Of a stretch of 64,000 nucleotides of DNA, positions 1-14,900 are shown piece after piece; positions within the stretch are counted from its first letter, which is position 1, and every line of letters begins with the position of its first letter. The translations under genes were made by a program, and so were the position numbers. The notes under the pieces are model-generated. The model had not been told where the DNA came from and searched no databases. It worked only from the letters and a program-made list of their open reading frames with translations. This DNA comes from Nageia nagi (Eukaryota; Plantae; Pinophyta), in assembly GCA_050084985.1 (NCBI GenBank), contig JBITNC010000002.1, forward strand, positions 23,188,001 through 23,252,000, written 5' to 3'.

Positions 1-2719
1 TGCACCCAATAAGCTCATTTAAACATAACCAGATGAAATCCACTTTCACAGCAATGTTCAAAAAGAAAGTATAAAAGATTTTGTACAAAAGATATATATC
101 AATCTCTTATAGCAACAGAAGGAAACCCTACAGTCACCTCAAGCAAATTCTTATCCCATTATTCATTCATTGTACATGTATCTATCACAGGATATGTACA
201 GAACATTGGACGCTCTCAAGGTTTCAAAATTTTTTACTATGCCAGAGAATAAAAATATTTCAAAGAATAAAAATAAAGCCCACTTACTATTGATTTAATA
301 ACTCACATCAAATATCTCTCTAATTTTCATTTAGAAGAAGAATATACACCTTTAGTACACTCGTAACAAAGCCACATGCCCAACAAACTTAAAGAAAACA
401 TTAAGAAATTTGATATAAGTTTACACAACAATAAGCTTATCCATGCTTATCTTCTTAGACATAGTCATCCAAGATTCATCTCAACATAGTGCAGTGTTTA
501 GAAGAAAGAATTGCACTACAACAAACATGACATAGTGTAGAAAATGAAGGGCCTTACGGTCTCCTGAAATATTACCTCGATACATTTCAAAAGAAAGATA
601 AATATCCCGCAATAATACACAAAATATATATACAGCCATACTGTAAAAAAAAATGCAGTAGATATTCATAAAGAGCGCTTACAAAAAAATCCCAACAAAA
701 ACAAATTTAGCAGAGAAATACAATCTCATGAAAGCAATGATATTTGCAAGCATCTTCCCACCATTTACATGAGACTTTCTACAAAGGGTTCTTCCATAGC
801 AAGTGCTAAAGAGACTCTCTTCATTTAAAATGCATCTGTCAATAGACAGAAGTAGTGGGTTCCATTTAGATATCATTGAGATTAAAGTTCTGATAAATAA
901 ACATGTAAGGTTAGTTAGGAAAATTATAGTAAGCCCGAAATAACAAAGAGACACTATCTTATGGACTACAATGGGAACATGCATAGAGCGAACATGATTT
1001 GAAAGGTGTCTCTCCCACACTTTCCATAAGAAGAATACTCATCATTTACATAGGAGAGACTGTATATTTGTTTTAAAAAAAATAGGTGTCTATCTCAATA
1101 GAGTTGTCTAAGAGTGATATTCATATCATTCTGGTGAGAAAATGGAGAGACTGTATATTTGTTTTAAAAAAAAATAGGTGCATGAGATGGAAGTTGTCTA
1201 ATGGCCATCTATCTCTACCTCCCTTAATATTTGATTTCGACTCTAAAGAGTGAAGTGAATTTCCTTAAATTTAAAGTTTTCAAAATGAAATTTTAGCCCA
1301 TACTGATACATTTCGTGGAAGAAAGCCAAGTTTTTTTTTTCAAAACTTCTCATTTTCTATAGGCTGTAATCTTGACATTCCAAGAAAATACATTTCACTG
1401 TAGTTTTGCAAATCAACGATAGGTAGCCTACGCATACCTTGTCGGTGGTCCATATTTAATACTGATGTGATTGATGAGTGATTAATGATACTACTCAGAT
1501 GTTGTTGACAATGCACTTGTCACAGTCTTTGTGCCAGATTGTGCTTTTAATAAATGATATTCCCAGGAAAAATCGTATTAATGTGATAGAAGATTGATTT
1601 TTTGAAAGTACTTAGGACCCTCCAAATCATGTTAGTTTTTTAGTCTATCAATGGAAGTAATAAACTTTCATCTTAGAACGCATGTTGATGTCCTGATAAT
1701 CTCCTTGGGCGATCTCCATGATCTCAACTCAAAGTTTGTGTTGCCATTAGGGATGATGTGCTAGTAACGTTAATGTCCGTATCAATGACAGGTTGGTAGT
1801 CTTCTGCACTTGGATTCCATGCATTTAACAATGATTTCTATTATTAAATTGTTGATTTCCTCGCCCAATTTCCAAGTTCTCCTATTGTTAGCCAAGCTGA
1901 GAAAAACCTAACACAAACTATAAGTTATTAGTATTTGGAGCTAGAAACCTTTCCCAAGATTACCCAGTATTATGTTTGGATTAGGACCTTGTATTCATTG
2001 ACTTTCCATGATCAGTTTGTTGCATGTTGAAGGTGGTTTGCTTGATGGATGTTATTTTTTTGGGACATGGTAAAGGTTGAATACATAGTGTCTATCAGAT
2101 ATCCTCCTAATTTAGTTTATTATCTCAACTTTATTTAAAAATAAATAATTATAGTTTGAATATAAAATTAAATAGATTATTTTTATGAAAATCATTTATT
2201 GAAATTAGATATTACAAATTATTGTTCACCTATAATTTTTTTTGGATATCAAGTATTAATATAATTACTTTAATAATTTGTAGATTATGATTGGAAAGTG
2301 CAATTTTTCTTTTTCTTTTTTTGCTTTATCACATTTTGAATAGATTATATTGATAATGTAATAGTTTTAGTTATAATTTTCTAAGCCATGGGTATTATGT
2401 TAACTATTTAAATGTCATCGTGATAAAAATTTAATGCCATATTTGGCTTAAAGTTATTTTTATGATGATGAATTTAAAACCCAAGGATAAAATGTGTGTC
2501 ATTTAAAAGTATATAAACCAATCCTATAAGCTTACACTCCACATATTGGACTCAAGTGGATAGCAAGGTAAAATTATGGTTTATGTCATAACCTTTGAAA
2601 TACATTATGGAGTCCATATTATAGAGGTTAATAGGAAAAGGTTATTTTAAATAATGCTTGTGATGACATTCTACTCTCGAAAGAACTTGCTAGTGTAATA
2701 TCATCTCATGTGAAACTTT

Positions 2720-3180
2720 AAACTTCCATGTTAGGAAGGTATATCCATATTAATGGATTATTGCCACTTTGTTCACTTCCATAATGGGAAGCTATATCTA
2801 TATTAATGGATTATTGCCACTGTGCTAACTTCCATGATGGGAAGGAATATCCATGTTATGAAGGGATGCCACATTGTTTGTTACAATATTAAGGGAAGAA
2901 TATCCATGTTTATGGATGGATGCCACATTGTGTGTTTCCATGTTAAGGGAAGAACATCCATGTTTATGGATGTACGCCACATTATTTGCTTCCATGTTGA
3001 TGGAAGAATATCCATGTTTATAAATCGATGCCACCTTATTTGCTTCCATTTTGATGGAAGAATATCCATGTTTTATGAATTGATGCCACATTGTTTGCTT
3101 TCATAGTGATGGAAGAATATCCATGTTTATGGATGGATGCCACATTGTTTGTTTTCATATTGATGGAGGAATATGGATGG
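2720..3180. repeat. Tandem array, about 54-bp unit, about 8-9 copies (core GGAAGAATATCCATGTTTATGGATGGATGCCACATTGTTTG)
   Basis: Visible periodicity; the reading frames on both strands are themselves repetitive. Confidence 0.9.
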
Positions 3181-3660
3181 AGTGGTTAAAAAGTTCGCCC
3201 TTCTCTATGGCTACAAATTGTTGGAGTGGTTAAAAAGGTTTGCCCTTCTTCAAAGTTGCAAATTGTTGGAGTGGTTAAATAGGTTTGCCCTTCTCCAAAA
3301 TTGTAATTTTTTCTATTTTACTCCCATTAATGGAAATTGAATCCATGTTAAAGGATTAGTGCTACCTTCTTCCATCATATGCATCTTGATTAGGTGGCAT
3401 AGAAGTTGATATTTTATGGTATTTGTTTGTAAATCTTGATTAGGTGGCACAATCATGTTGTTATCTTATGTCTTATGCCTTATAAATATTGACTTGGTGG
3501 CATGGTAAATATGGCATTTTATTGCTTAATGATTTATTCATATTGACTTGGTGGCAAGGTTAAGTTGTGACATAGTTAAGTTGGTATGTTGGCCTATGCA
3601 TCTTAACTTAGTAGCATAGTCAAATTAAAATTTTTGTGGCTTATGACTTATGTCTTAGTT
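3178..3660. repeat. Two more degenerate tandem arrays: about 45-47 bp x3 (GGAGTGGTTAAAAAG..GCCCTTCT), then recurring TTGA(T/C)T(A/T)GGTGGCA units
   Basis: Recurring motifs at 3179, 3223, 3268 and about 3387, 3437, 3489, 3543. Confidence 0.7.
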
Positions 3661-4356
3661 AAGATAATATGTGTATAATGTATCTTAACATATGATGATT
3701 TATGAATTTAATTTCACTTTGAAAATAATTTTAACTAACTATGTTTAGGCTACTCCTTAGTAGCAAGAGTATCAACTCCTTGAGAGCTACCTAGTTCCTA
3801 CTACATAGGTGAAGTTGTCATCAAGGGGGATAATGATTGGTGTGATGCCAATTTTTTTCATTTGTGACTTATGCTACTTTTGTTGAGCACTTATATATAT
3901 TATGCAATTTAAGCATTTTCTTATGGATATTTAATTATACATCAATATGCACTTGTAAACATTTTATCAGCTTATTGAGCACTTGTAATAGTTAATTATG
4001 TTTGCTCATATTGCATTTATGATTCATTAATGATATGTTGAATCTCTTTGATGCATCTTGTTGATTGATTTTTTATAAGTAATTTATAACTTACAAGTTA
4101 TGTGCATTGACGAGATGTTATCTTGTTGAAGACTCTTCATGGTATTAATGAAGATTGTTGATGTTCACCCATTTTTTGCCACTTTTGGATGGTTGTTATT
4201 GTATCAAACCATTAATTTAAATGATTTATTTGTAAGGTTATTTGATTATTGTGTAACCTCTTCATTCTCATCCCTATTTCTAGTTTTAAGGGGAGAATTA
4301 ATTTGAGGATTTATATTTTGTTCAACTAACATACCCAAGATTATATTAAGGGGGAG

Positions 4357-4730
4357 TGTTAGAAATTATAATATAACTTGGGAATGTTAAGTATCCAAGT
4401 TTAGGAGGATAATTAGTTTAGAAACTTATATTTTATGTAATTTAAATTATATCCATGTAAACCTCATTTAATGAGGTAATCCTAATAATCTCTCCTATAA
4501 AAGAGAATGATAGCAGTTGGAACTTATTATTATGAACAAAAGAGGATGGAGCATTGTAGAATGAAAGGATGTCTAACCTCATGTATAGTTTCTTAAAAGG
4601 AGATGAATAAAATAGATGTTTCCTCTTAGAGAAGGATGAGAGGTTTTACCACTATAATTCATGGAGTCTTCTTGTGCTTATTGTTATCTTTTATTATATT
4701 GCATGATTTACTATATGTTATAAGTTCCAA
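4357..4730 (+). mobile_element. 3' LTR of a degenerate LTR retrotransposon; the arrays at 2720-3660 probably lie in its internal region
   Basis: Polypurine tract TAAGGGGGAG directly before TGTTAG at 4357; CTATAAAAG near 4495; right end approximate. Confidence 0.6.
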
Positions 4731-7700
4731 TGATCAAATATTTGGATTCCAACACTGACACTGGTGCTCTTGATGATGTAGGTCACAATGTTTATAGTTG
4801 ATTTTGTGTATAGATAACATATAGCTCTTGAGTGTAACAGATCCAATCTTGATAGGTGCTGCCTAGAGACACAGTCAAGGGTGTTGAGAAATATGCATAA
4901 TCCTATCAAGATGAAGTCTTGATTATCATCCCATGCATATGTTTATCTATTTTTAGGCATAAGAGATAACCCGAAAATACCATTGTAGCACAACATTGAT
5001 GCTCATGGTCCTTTGCATAAATAAAAAGGAACATGCATAAGATATAGCTTATGTCGGCCTATATTGATAATAACATGTAACATAATGCTACATATATCAT
5101 AATATCCTAAGGATCATATGAAAACTAGTTTGGTACCAAAAAGGGTGCCAAATTAGGTTTAAACATGATCCCTCAATTTCCCTTGGTTTGCTAAGATTTT
5201 CGCAAACTAGGATTTCTAATCCTTGCTTAGAGCCCTATCTTAATTTTTCATATAGTATCTCGTTAAGAGGAGTTACCATTGTTACTTCTTTAATAATCAT
5301 TGGCAAGATAAAAAATGGTCCAAACAGGTCCTCATTTTTTTCTTGTAAATTCTTATCTTCTTCACTCTTATATATCTTATATCCTACAACCTTCCTCATT
5401 GTTCATTATCGATTTCGATAATGGAAAATTGTCACTTGGTATCGCATCGATAATTTGTTCAGTGGACCTTGTTTAATTTTTTAATTATTCTATATTTTTT
5501 ATTTTCTACTAGTGGCTCTAAGGAGGTCCTAGGGGATCTTTTTCCTTATTTTTAAATATTGCCTTTTCTAGTTTTTGTTTCTCTCTTCTCTTGCACCCTT
5601 CATTCTACAAGAAATCAACATATTTTTTCTTAACCTCTTTTTATTTCTCCTTCCTTTTGTGTTCTACTTCCTTTTCTTCTTCTTTTCCATTTTAGTGTTC
5701 TAAATTCCTATCTCTCCCTTCGATTATCCCCTTTTTTAAAGCTTTCTTTTGGAACTATTACATCTTTTCATCCTAACTACTCTAATACCCTTTTGACCTT
5801 TTGTAAAGTTTTTTAAGTAGTACTTATTCTCTAGGTTCTCTCCTCGCCCTATGGCACTTCTCCCCTTATAAGTAGGAGAAAGTTTCAAGAGTAACACATT
5901 TTATCAATAAAATAGTAATTGCAAATATTCTAAGATATTTTTTCTATAAAAAGCTTCCTTATACCTATGAAGAATATTTCTTTCCTAGCATCCTAAGATG
6001 CCTATTGTTATAATGTAAATTCAATGGGATATGTATCTAGTGTATTTTGAACCCAATCATCAACTTTCTTGACCTAAGATTATGTGGATTTTTTTAAAAT
6101 GGTTTAAGAGTTCCTTATCCTACTTGATTTCAAGAATCATGATTTTAGTGGCAAATTCCAATTGTTTAATGGCCAATTATAGAATAATTCCAAAAATTTG
6201 ACCTAAAACTAATCATAATGTCTCTTGTGACCATCAATAATAGTCATTATATTATTCTTACTACATTATGTCTTATGCATCACCTACTTCTCAAATTGGT
6301 TAATCTAGTTGGAGAACCAAATTTGAATGGATCTCTTTGAAGGTTTGAAAGATATTTTCTTATAATTTTCTTCCAACATTCATGAAGACCTCGAGTGTCT
6401 ATCTGTAAGAGTCCTGGTAATGAAACTATTGACTAATTTGATGATATAAAAAAATGTGATCATTAGGATTATTTTTTAGAGATGAGAAATTGAGGTGCTT
6501 GAAATGATAAAATAAGAATGTAATAGTAGAAGCTTGAACACTTAGTGATTTAAAGTAATGGGGGCATGATTTGTATTAATATATCGAATTACAATGTTGC
6601 CAAAAATAATCTGACAATCCTTACAATATAATTCAACTAACTAATACAGGTTATGTTTTATCATTCTTAGTTAAATATTTGAATATTCACTCTCCTACAT
6701 TCATGCTCATACTCTCTTTTTCTTCTCTATTAGATTCTTGCTTTTTATATGCTCTACCTTCCAACAGGAAAATGTGTTGATTGGGTTTAGGATGATGACC
6801 TTTCCATTTAGGATGGGGACTCTTCATAACACTCCTTAATCTTATTTGGTTATACTAATTTTTATGTCATTATGGATTCTTGAGTCTTGAATTCGTACTT
6901 CAATCGCTACTTGCTAGATTCAATCACTAGATCGATGAATTGCTAATTGTTAACAAACTAGTTTGCTTATTTGCCAAATTTTTGGATTCCTTTTCATTAT
7001 TGATTGGAATTCTCATTTTCTAACAATTATTTTTTCAACTCTTTATCTTATTTATTTTCCTTTTTAAAATTTACATTTAGCAAAATCTAGTGAACTCATT
7101 ATGTTTTTCATTGAGCCGTTATAATTTTGAGATGCATGTTAATATTTTGGGTACGATTGTTGGTAGTTTTATAACATTTTGACTATATGAAATTTAAATC
7201 ATCTATAACACAAAATACTACAGGGCTTGTTTCAACTTAAAATTATAAACAAATCTCATATATCTTTAGACTTCTCTAATGATACCCTGCTATATATTGA
7301 ATGCAATATTGATATTGGTATATAATAATTAATATTTTCTTTACAATTGTTTGAAACAATTCTTTAATTTATCATTAGACTAAGTGAGTAGTTTTTGAAG
7401 TAATTTTTTTCCCCTAAATAACTCTTTGATCTATCATAAGGTATCCCTTAACTTCCTACTAATTTCATTAACAAATTTGGTGTTGGATCAATTGCAAATT
7501 TGTTATTGGTTGATTGTAAAGTTGTTATCTTATCAATTGCAAATTTATTTTTGCTCAATAAAAAATTTACTATCACGCAACATATGATTGCAAATTTCTA
7601 TATTCTTATCATTCAACTACAAATCTTGCTAATTTTTCATCATGTAGTTGAAATTCACCAAAGTTTTTAAATCGAATTTGACTTGATTTGCCAAATCTTC

Positions 7701-8780
7701 TAGATTGATTTCAAGTGTATTTGTCATCATTTTACATAGGGATTTGGGGAAGGAGGTCTTAAAATTTCCCTACCATAATTTCGTCCCTCTTCATTTTTCC
7801 ATAGGGAAATATCATGACTCACAAATATTACCAATTGCCAAAATTAGGATTTCCTCCAATGACCAAATCTTAAGCAAAAATTTAGATTTATAAACTCATA
7901 TGAAATTGTTTATTATTATTTACAAGATCTTATACCATATGAATTACAATTGAAGGCTAATTTCATTTTGTAGTAACCATGGTGGAAAGATTGACACTAG
8001 CATGTTAAAGCATATTTCTTGAGGTGCAAGGCTAAGATATGATATTAGTGGTTATCACCATATACTTGTTATAGTGGATAAGTTGAATGAAAAATGAGAT
8101 TTAATTTTCCTAATTACATATTGGAGAAAAATAATGCAAACTATTTTAAAATTATGTCTTGAGCTTATTTCTACAATAAATTCACATCTTGTAACATAAT
8201 TATTACCATTACAAAGTTACTTTTATAAATATTAGCGCAAATAAATGGAATATGAATATGTAGCACTTGAATGAGCTAAACAATAGGTAAATATTCATTT
8301 TGTATTATATTATGTGACATTGGACAAAAGTCATATATTGACAAAAGAAGAGATCATTTAATTACAACATTTATATGACTTTGTTATCTTTGACATCATT
8401 TTTCTACATACTTTGTAGTTGACATGCTTTTATTTATAAAGTATTGATTTCTATTTTTAAACATAGAGTTGATTAATTTCTTTGATAAAATTCATACTTT
8501 TTTTAGGATTAAAAAAATAAATTAATTGTGAATCATATTACATCTCTTACCTTTCTAGGATTGAAGGCTTTTAAGCCAAGTTTTAACATAGGATGTGGAA
8601 CTATTCTCCCTCCTATCTAATCTATTACAATTATCTATATTAAAAAAAAAGAGTAACCATGTAAAGTAAGGATATGTAAATCTATATACAACAAACAAAG
8701 TGGATATCTTTTGACTGAAGCTACACTTATTTGCCCTTCAACAATGTTGTGAGAGCCTCCAACTCTATTGAAATATAGCA

Positions 8781-8959
8781 ATGGAATATCTGAAAAGAAC
8801 TCTGGTTCGCATTGCTTACACAGCAGAAGACCATATGACAGCATTACCCCCACTCCACCGCTGTATATGCCCTATTCTCGCTGCTGCTTCTCACGTCTAT
8901 GCCCTCGCTGTCGAGGTCCGTAAGCTACTATACAGATTGGGTATATTCCAATGTAGGAG
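8781..8959 (+). CDS. LPXK: LpxK exon 1 (MEYLKRTLVRIAYT...LYRLGIFQCR)
   Basis: Resembles the plant LpxK N-terminus; donor AG|GTATAT, phase 2. Confidence 0.88.
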
Positions 8960-11900
8960 GTATATACATTCGAGTTATATACACATTTCAATATGTTAAT
9001 TCTTTAGATCCCTTGATTGTCTTGTAAGAAGCTTGATTTTCTTTTGAAATTTTAAACGGAAATGGAGAAGGCTGGAGGTGCCAGTGATAAGCGTCGGGAA
9101 TCTGACGTGGGGTGGGAATGGGAAGACTCCCATGACTGAATTTCTCGGTTTGCTCTTTGCACAAACCGGGATTTCTCCTCTTATTCTGACCAAGGTAAGT
9201 TTTACAAAATTAATTAAAGAAATCACCCCGATTAATTGGTTAAAGTTCTTAATGTAATTAGATTTCAATGTATATATTTTTAATTATACTGGGGAATCTG
9301 GAATTGGGTAATTCTTTATAAACATCAGGCACCATGTAAACTTTTTAAGTAGTCCGCAATGACGATACGTTCATTCAACATTTGAGGATTGATACTGGAA
9401 TCTCTATGGAGTAGCTTTCAGGCTCAAATTAATTTATTAAGTGAGATGAGATGAAATTAGTGTATGGATTTGTTGAAAGCAAAATTAAGCAAGAAAGGGT
9501 GGGAAAGGATGGGTAAATTTTGGAAAAGCCAATCAGTAAATTCAAATTGGAAAATGAAATTGTTGAAATTTGAAAATCGTTTAAAGAATTCAATTATATT
9601 GATGAAACTACGTAAATAAAGTATATTAAGAAATTTTCTTATATAGTTCATTGTTATTTAAGTACATACATAATGTTGATGAACAATTGGTTTGTAGAAT
9701 AGATGAAATATTTTTTGAATATGTATTATTTATATTATTGAATTCCTGAACAAGATTGATGGTATTTTAAAGTAAATATTCATTGTTGAAAGCTTTTTGT
9801 AATTTTAGTTGATGGAAGATAGGTCATTTGGTAAAGCATCATACTATGTGTTTGGTAAATTTTATATTCATATGGAAGGTCCAAGGTTTAAGTCTTAACC
9901 TGTTCCTGTTCATGTCGGTCCTTATTCAATCTATATGATATACACAGTAAAAATATTAATTAATTTGTTTAGATAATTAAATTTATATTATAATGATTTT
10001 TTTTTTTTATATCGCAAAAAACTCAGGTACTTCGGCCTAAATGTCACGATTGAATGTATCTATTCTGTCAAAGTTACCTCGGTATTGCACTTGGCTCCAA
10101 CCACAATTACATTTTTCTACAAGATTTTAACTTGTTCTACCATATAGAAATAGGAAGATTTGAACTAAGGCCTTCTATGGAGTGTGCCTATTACTTCCTC
10201 AACTCCCTATCGTGGGTGGACTTAGATTATAATGAACTTGTATTAAACTTTTTATGAAGATAATTTCGTTAGAATATAAAATTAAAGTTAACAATCGCAC
10301 TATATTATGCGAGAGTAGATATCTTAAACTATCTAGTATTATATTACATCAAATGTTGATGATTGAACAAAATTAGAGGGATTTCATTATATCATTTACA
10401 TTTTAACAGAGGGAATCCCGTAAAGTATATACATAATGTAAATTCACATATCCAGATGAATCACAGAAATTCCTTAATGGCTGTATGAACACAAGTCAAG
10501 TAGGACATTTTCTTGAATCTAGAAGATATCATCAGTTATATACTCTTTTTTTTCAGTTAAAATTAAATCACCGCAATACGAGTAGTTGTTGCTCTCTTTA
10601 TGTGTTTTGTCATGGTTCAACAGCAACCTTCTCATCATTGGCATAATCATTATCTCATCCATACTAGTTCAGGTATAAAAAAGGGCTGACACATTTAGTA
10701 TTTCGGATAAAATTCACAAACACATTATTTGCAGTTTTATGTAGTTGATAAAATATTGCAAATTCCAATTCTTTTGGCTTTACCATCTTGTTGCTTTGTC
10801 AAGGTCTCCTAGAATAATATATATTATATATCATATTTTAAGCATAATATTGTTAAAGTTTTTCCAAGCATGCATAAGAGCCAACATTTCCCCGTAATAG
10901 TTACAGAATAATGCCTCATTATGATTAATTTTTATGCAAAAGAGTTACAGAATAATGAGTCCTTACGATTGGTTTGGATGCTCTCGAATGCAACTATTTT
11001 CGATTTTTGCAGAAAGCTGTTATACTGATGCTTATGCTTCAGATTCTACAGCAGATGACTGAGAGATCTGGAAGGACAAGTGCAGATAGATGTCATTACT
11101 TTTTCATGACTTTGAATGTGACACAGTCCTCCTTCACCCATTGAATTGAAACCTCTTTGTTGGATAAATCATAAATGAATGGTGGCATGAAGCTGTAAAG
11201 AGTTTTAGTGAATTTCATATAGTAGCTTCATAGACTTTAAATATGGTAGTTAAGTTATATTCTTGGAGTGGAGCGGTCAGACGTATTTTGTGTTAAAATA
11301 TTCACTCCTTACTTGCAGACAATGCTTCCTAGGTATACTAGTTCATATTTTGCAAAATCAAGTTTTGAATCATTTAAAATGACAGAATTTGGTTCTAAAA
11401 CAACTCTCGAGTGATGCAAATCATAGTTGTCAAAGTATGCAGTTTTGCTAGTAATCAAAAGTATCTTGTAGATTTGATTAAAATGAGTACTTAAATTTGA
11501 CTTGCATGTCTTTGAGGTTGATCGAGCTTTTGCCAAATTCTTTTGGTGAGGCAAGAGTTTTACCAAGTTATTTGAAAACATCTGAGATTTAATAATTTTT
11601 TTTTTCCAAAACTTTTCTGAGTTTTTACAAGCTAAAGACTTGCTGTGTTTTTTCTGAGCTTGAGTTTAACTATGACGATGCAAATGCTCTTCAATAGGAC
11701 TTTTTTGCAAATTGGAACATTGTTAAAGAGAACAATAATGGATTTTCTCAAACAAGGTTGATGAAAAGTAGGTAGTGCATTAATAAGCTGCCAAAAAGGT
11801 ATTGCCTAGATGTCATATTAGCCATGTTGAGTTATCTTGAATTAGTCAATGTAACCCTTAGGAAAGCCTTTTCCTCAAAACTTGATGTCAAGAAACTCTT

Positions 11901-14900
11901 GTTGAAGGTCTTGGAGTGATTTCCATGTGACATCTTCAATGAGGAGTCCTTCCCATTGAAGTAACACTTTTCAATTTTGCGATCATTCAAGAGTGAAGTT
12001 GATGTACATGATGGTTGAGGATGGCTGCTAGTTTGATGAGTAAAGAGCCTTCCTCATCCAATTCTTGGAGTATTTTCTTGGTGTGGGCATAATTACCAAT
12101 TACCTTCTTAAAGTATGGCACATGGAATATTGGATGGATCTTGGACGTGGATGGTAATTCTACCTTATAGGTGACCTTACCAATCTGTTGAATGACTATG
12201 TAGGATCCATAAAACTTTGGAGCGAGTTTTTGGTGATTCTTTAGTTTCAAGGATGTCTGCTTATAGAGCTGGAGTTGAAGGAAAACCACATCCCCTACTT
12301 GGAATTATCTTTTAGACTTGTGTTGATCAACTTGCTGCTTCATTTGTTATGATTTGTGGCTTGGTTTTCCTTCAGGGTTCAAAGAATGATGGTTTGATTG
12401 GCTAAAGTAATGTGCATTGCTTCCACTTTGGAGCTATGATCTTGGTGGATCTCCTTGCATCAAGTAGTGATATTATCCTATTGGATAGGGCAACTTTTGG
12501 GAGGCATAACTTTGTGATTGTAGCTTTGTTCAACCTAGTTTAAATGCGTTAGAAAGCCTAAGTCATGTGGAATCATTCAAGGGGGTCGAGCCTTGTTCGA
12601 TGGAATTTGGATTGCCAAATCCACTCCAAAAGGCACAAAAACTAGTAAATAAGTGATGCTGTCCACAAATAATATAATTATATAAATATTGCCCTAACAC
12701 ATTTCTAATAAAATCAAACTCCACATATGGATAAAATATAGGAGGATAAATAATTTAATGCTTACTATTTTCTTTAGTGACAATTTTTTTGCCAAGGTGG
12801 CAGAAGTGAATAAATTCTTACACCACATCCAGGAAGTGATATGTTACTCAAGAAGAATATATGCTAGGCAATGAGAAGTGGATCAAAATGGGTCAGAATG
12901 AAGTTTGAGGTAGGAGATATGGTAATCTTGAGGCTTCAATCACACAAACAAGTATCTCTCAAAACAAAGACAAATAAAAAAATGGCCCCAAAATTCTATC
13001 AACAGGTGGTTCAAAGGATTGGACAAGTGTATTATTAGTTAGAAATATCAGACAAATCTAAAGTTCATCCAATTTTCATGTTTCTTGTATTGAATAGGTT
13101 CTTGGGCAAAATGTGCCACACCAAATGATGATTCTAGAATTGAATGAAGAAGGACAAATGATTCTGGAGCTAGAAGTAGTATTGTAGAAAAGAGAAAAAA
13201 CTATTATGCAATGGTAGGTGAAAGAGCTTCGCATCAAGTTGAAAGCTTTACAAAAACGAGATGCTACATGCGAGCTAGACGATATTCTCCATAAATTTCC
13301 AGCTTTGAAGATAAAGATTTCTAAAGAATGAGGGCATGTAGTGAACCCAATGAATCTGCATTAAGTAACTTGTATTTGATTGGCTTGACCCTTAGGATAG
13401 GATTGATCATATTAAATCAGCCCTTGAGCATAGGGATTAATGTTAGTGATATATAAGTCTATAAATAGGTGGTAATGCGAAGGTAGTGATTGTTGTCGTA
13501 TAACATATTTCCTTATGTGCCCTATAGTAGTGCATAATTTGGAGACTTTGCCCTTGCGAAGTGGCATTGTTGATTTCTTATCTGAGCTATTCATTTCTGC
13601 ACCTGTTACTGCTATTTGGAGTATATTGCTAATCTTTTGTGAGAATTGTGGACTGCTATTCTAGATTTATTTATGAGTTAAAGTTGTTTCATTACAAAAT
13701 ATATCCAGATATTCAAAATTTCAACCACTCTCAGATATTCAGATCTCATCGCGGAGTATAAAGTACATGAATACAAGGTTTGTTCAATGAGAACATGAAA
13801 TCTTAATATTTAGACTGGGAAAATGAGATCTGTACAAGTGAAGGACTTTATAAGCATCCAAACTACAAGCAGAAGATTCCAAGAAGTGTGCACATGCACA
13901 AGTGGAATCATGCTCAAGCATGCAAAGATACATGTTGAAGATTCTAAAACGTATGCAAAAGTGTGAATAAGAGTAGACGCATGTCCAAGTATGTACTTGT
14001 ACAATACATCACGTTAACTTATATGAAAGTTGTTTCAGTTTCTGCACTACTAAGGTAATTTTATTACTGGCAAATTCGGATATATTGATTTGAATCAATT
14101 CTTAGATATCTGAAATAATTGCAAGGTAGCATGTATAGGCATTAAGATATCTTTTTTGCCTCTTGTTCCTTGATGATTCTGACACATCTGTTGTTATTTA
14201 TTTCATTGTTTTCTGTGGTTATGTTTTTAGCATTAAGCTGTAGACGTTAGTCGCTTCTCGTCATTTGTTAATGATAGAAATGAGAAAAGTCTCTATTTGT
14301 CTTGTAGGGTTATGCTGGCGGAGATGAGACTAAGATGCTTCAAAGACATCTAATTGATACTTCAGTCAAAATTGGTTCAGGTCCAAACAGGGCCAATGTT
14401 GGTGCATTGTTTCTTCAGCAACATGGGGTGATGAAAGTTTATAGAAAATCAGATTTAGCAGAGAATATTTTCCCATTTGTGGAGTCCTTCACATTTGCTA
14501 ACCATTTGTGCGATGCTATAGGAGTTATTATATTGGATGATGGCATGCAGGTAAGCGTTTTAGTAATCTTGTGTATTACATGGGTTGATTTTTGGTTTTC
14601 AAAACCTTTCTACGCTTCTATGTTTGATAGTTGTGCGGCAGGTTTCTGCTGTTTCATATGGAACGTAGAAGAGTATTAAGCTGAATGACTAACAGACTCG
14701 GATTAGTAGACTGTAAATTATGCTTTGTCAGTAATTCATAAATAGCTTCATATGGATAACTACGAACTGAAAGTTGCACTTAGATAGCAGAAATGCTTAG
14801 TTCTTTGTTTTCTAAAAAAATATTTGATGCATAGGACTAATGTTGTGAAAGTGTCTGCTGCTATAGCCATCTTTTTCTCTTTAAGAACTTATTATTTGGT

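Noticed and set aside
1-1230. Possible LTR or gene 3' end, with a short duplication near 1034 and 1144
   Set aside because: No verifiable termini, TSD or coding signal; the ORFs are not protein-like.
2822-3106. Repetitive ORFs on both strands
   Set aside because: By-product of a 54-bp (multiple of 3) tandem repeat.
4740-8050. Possible degraded Gypsy internal region on the minus strand
   Set aside because: Composition is suggestive but I could not read a diagnostic motif or boundaries.
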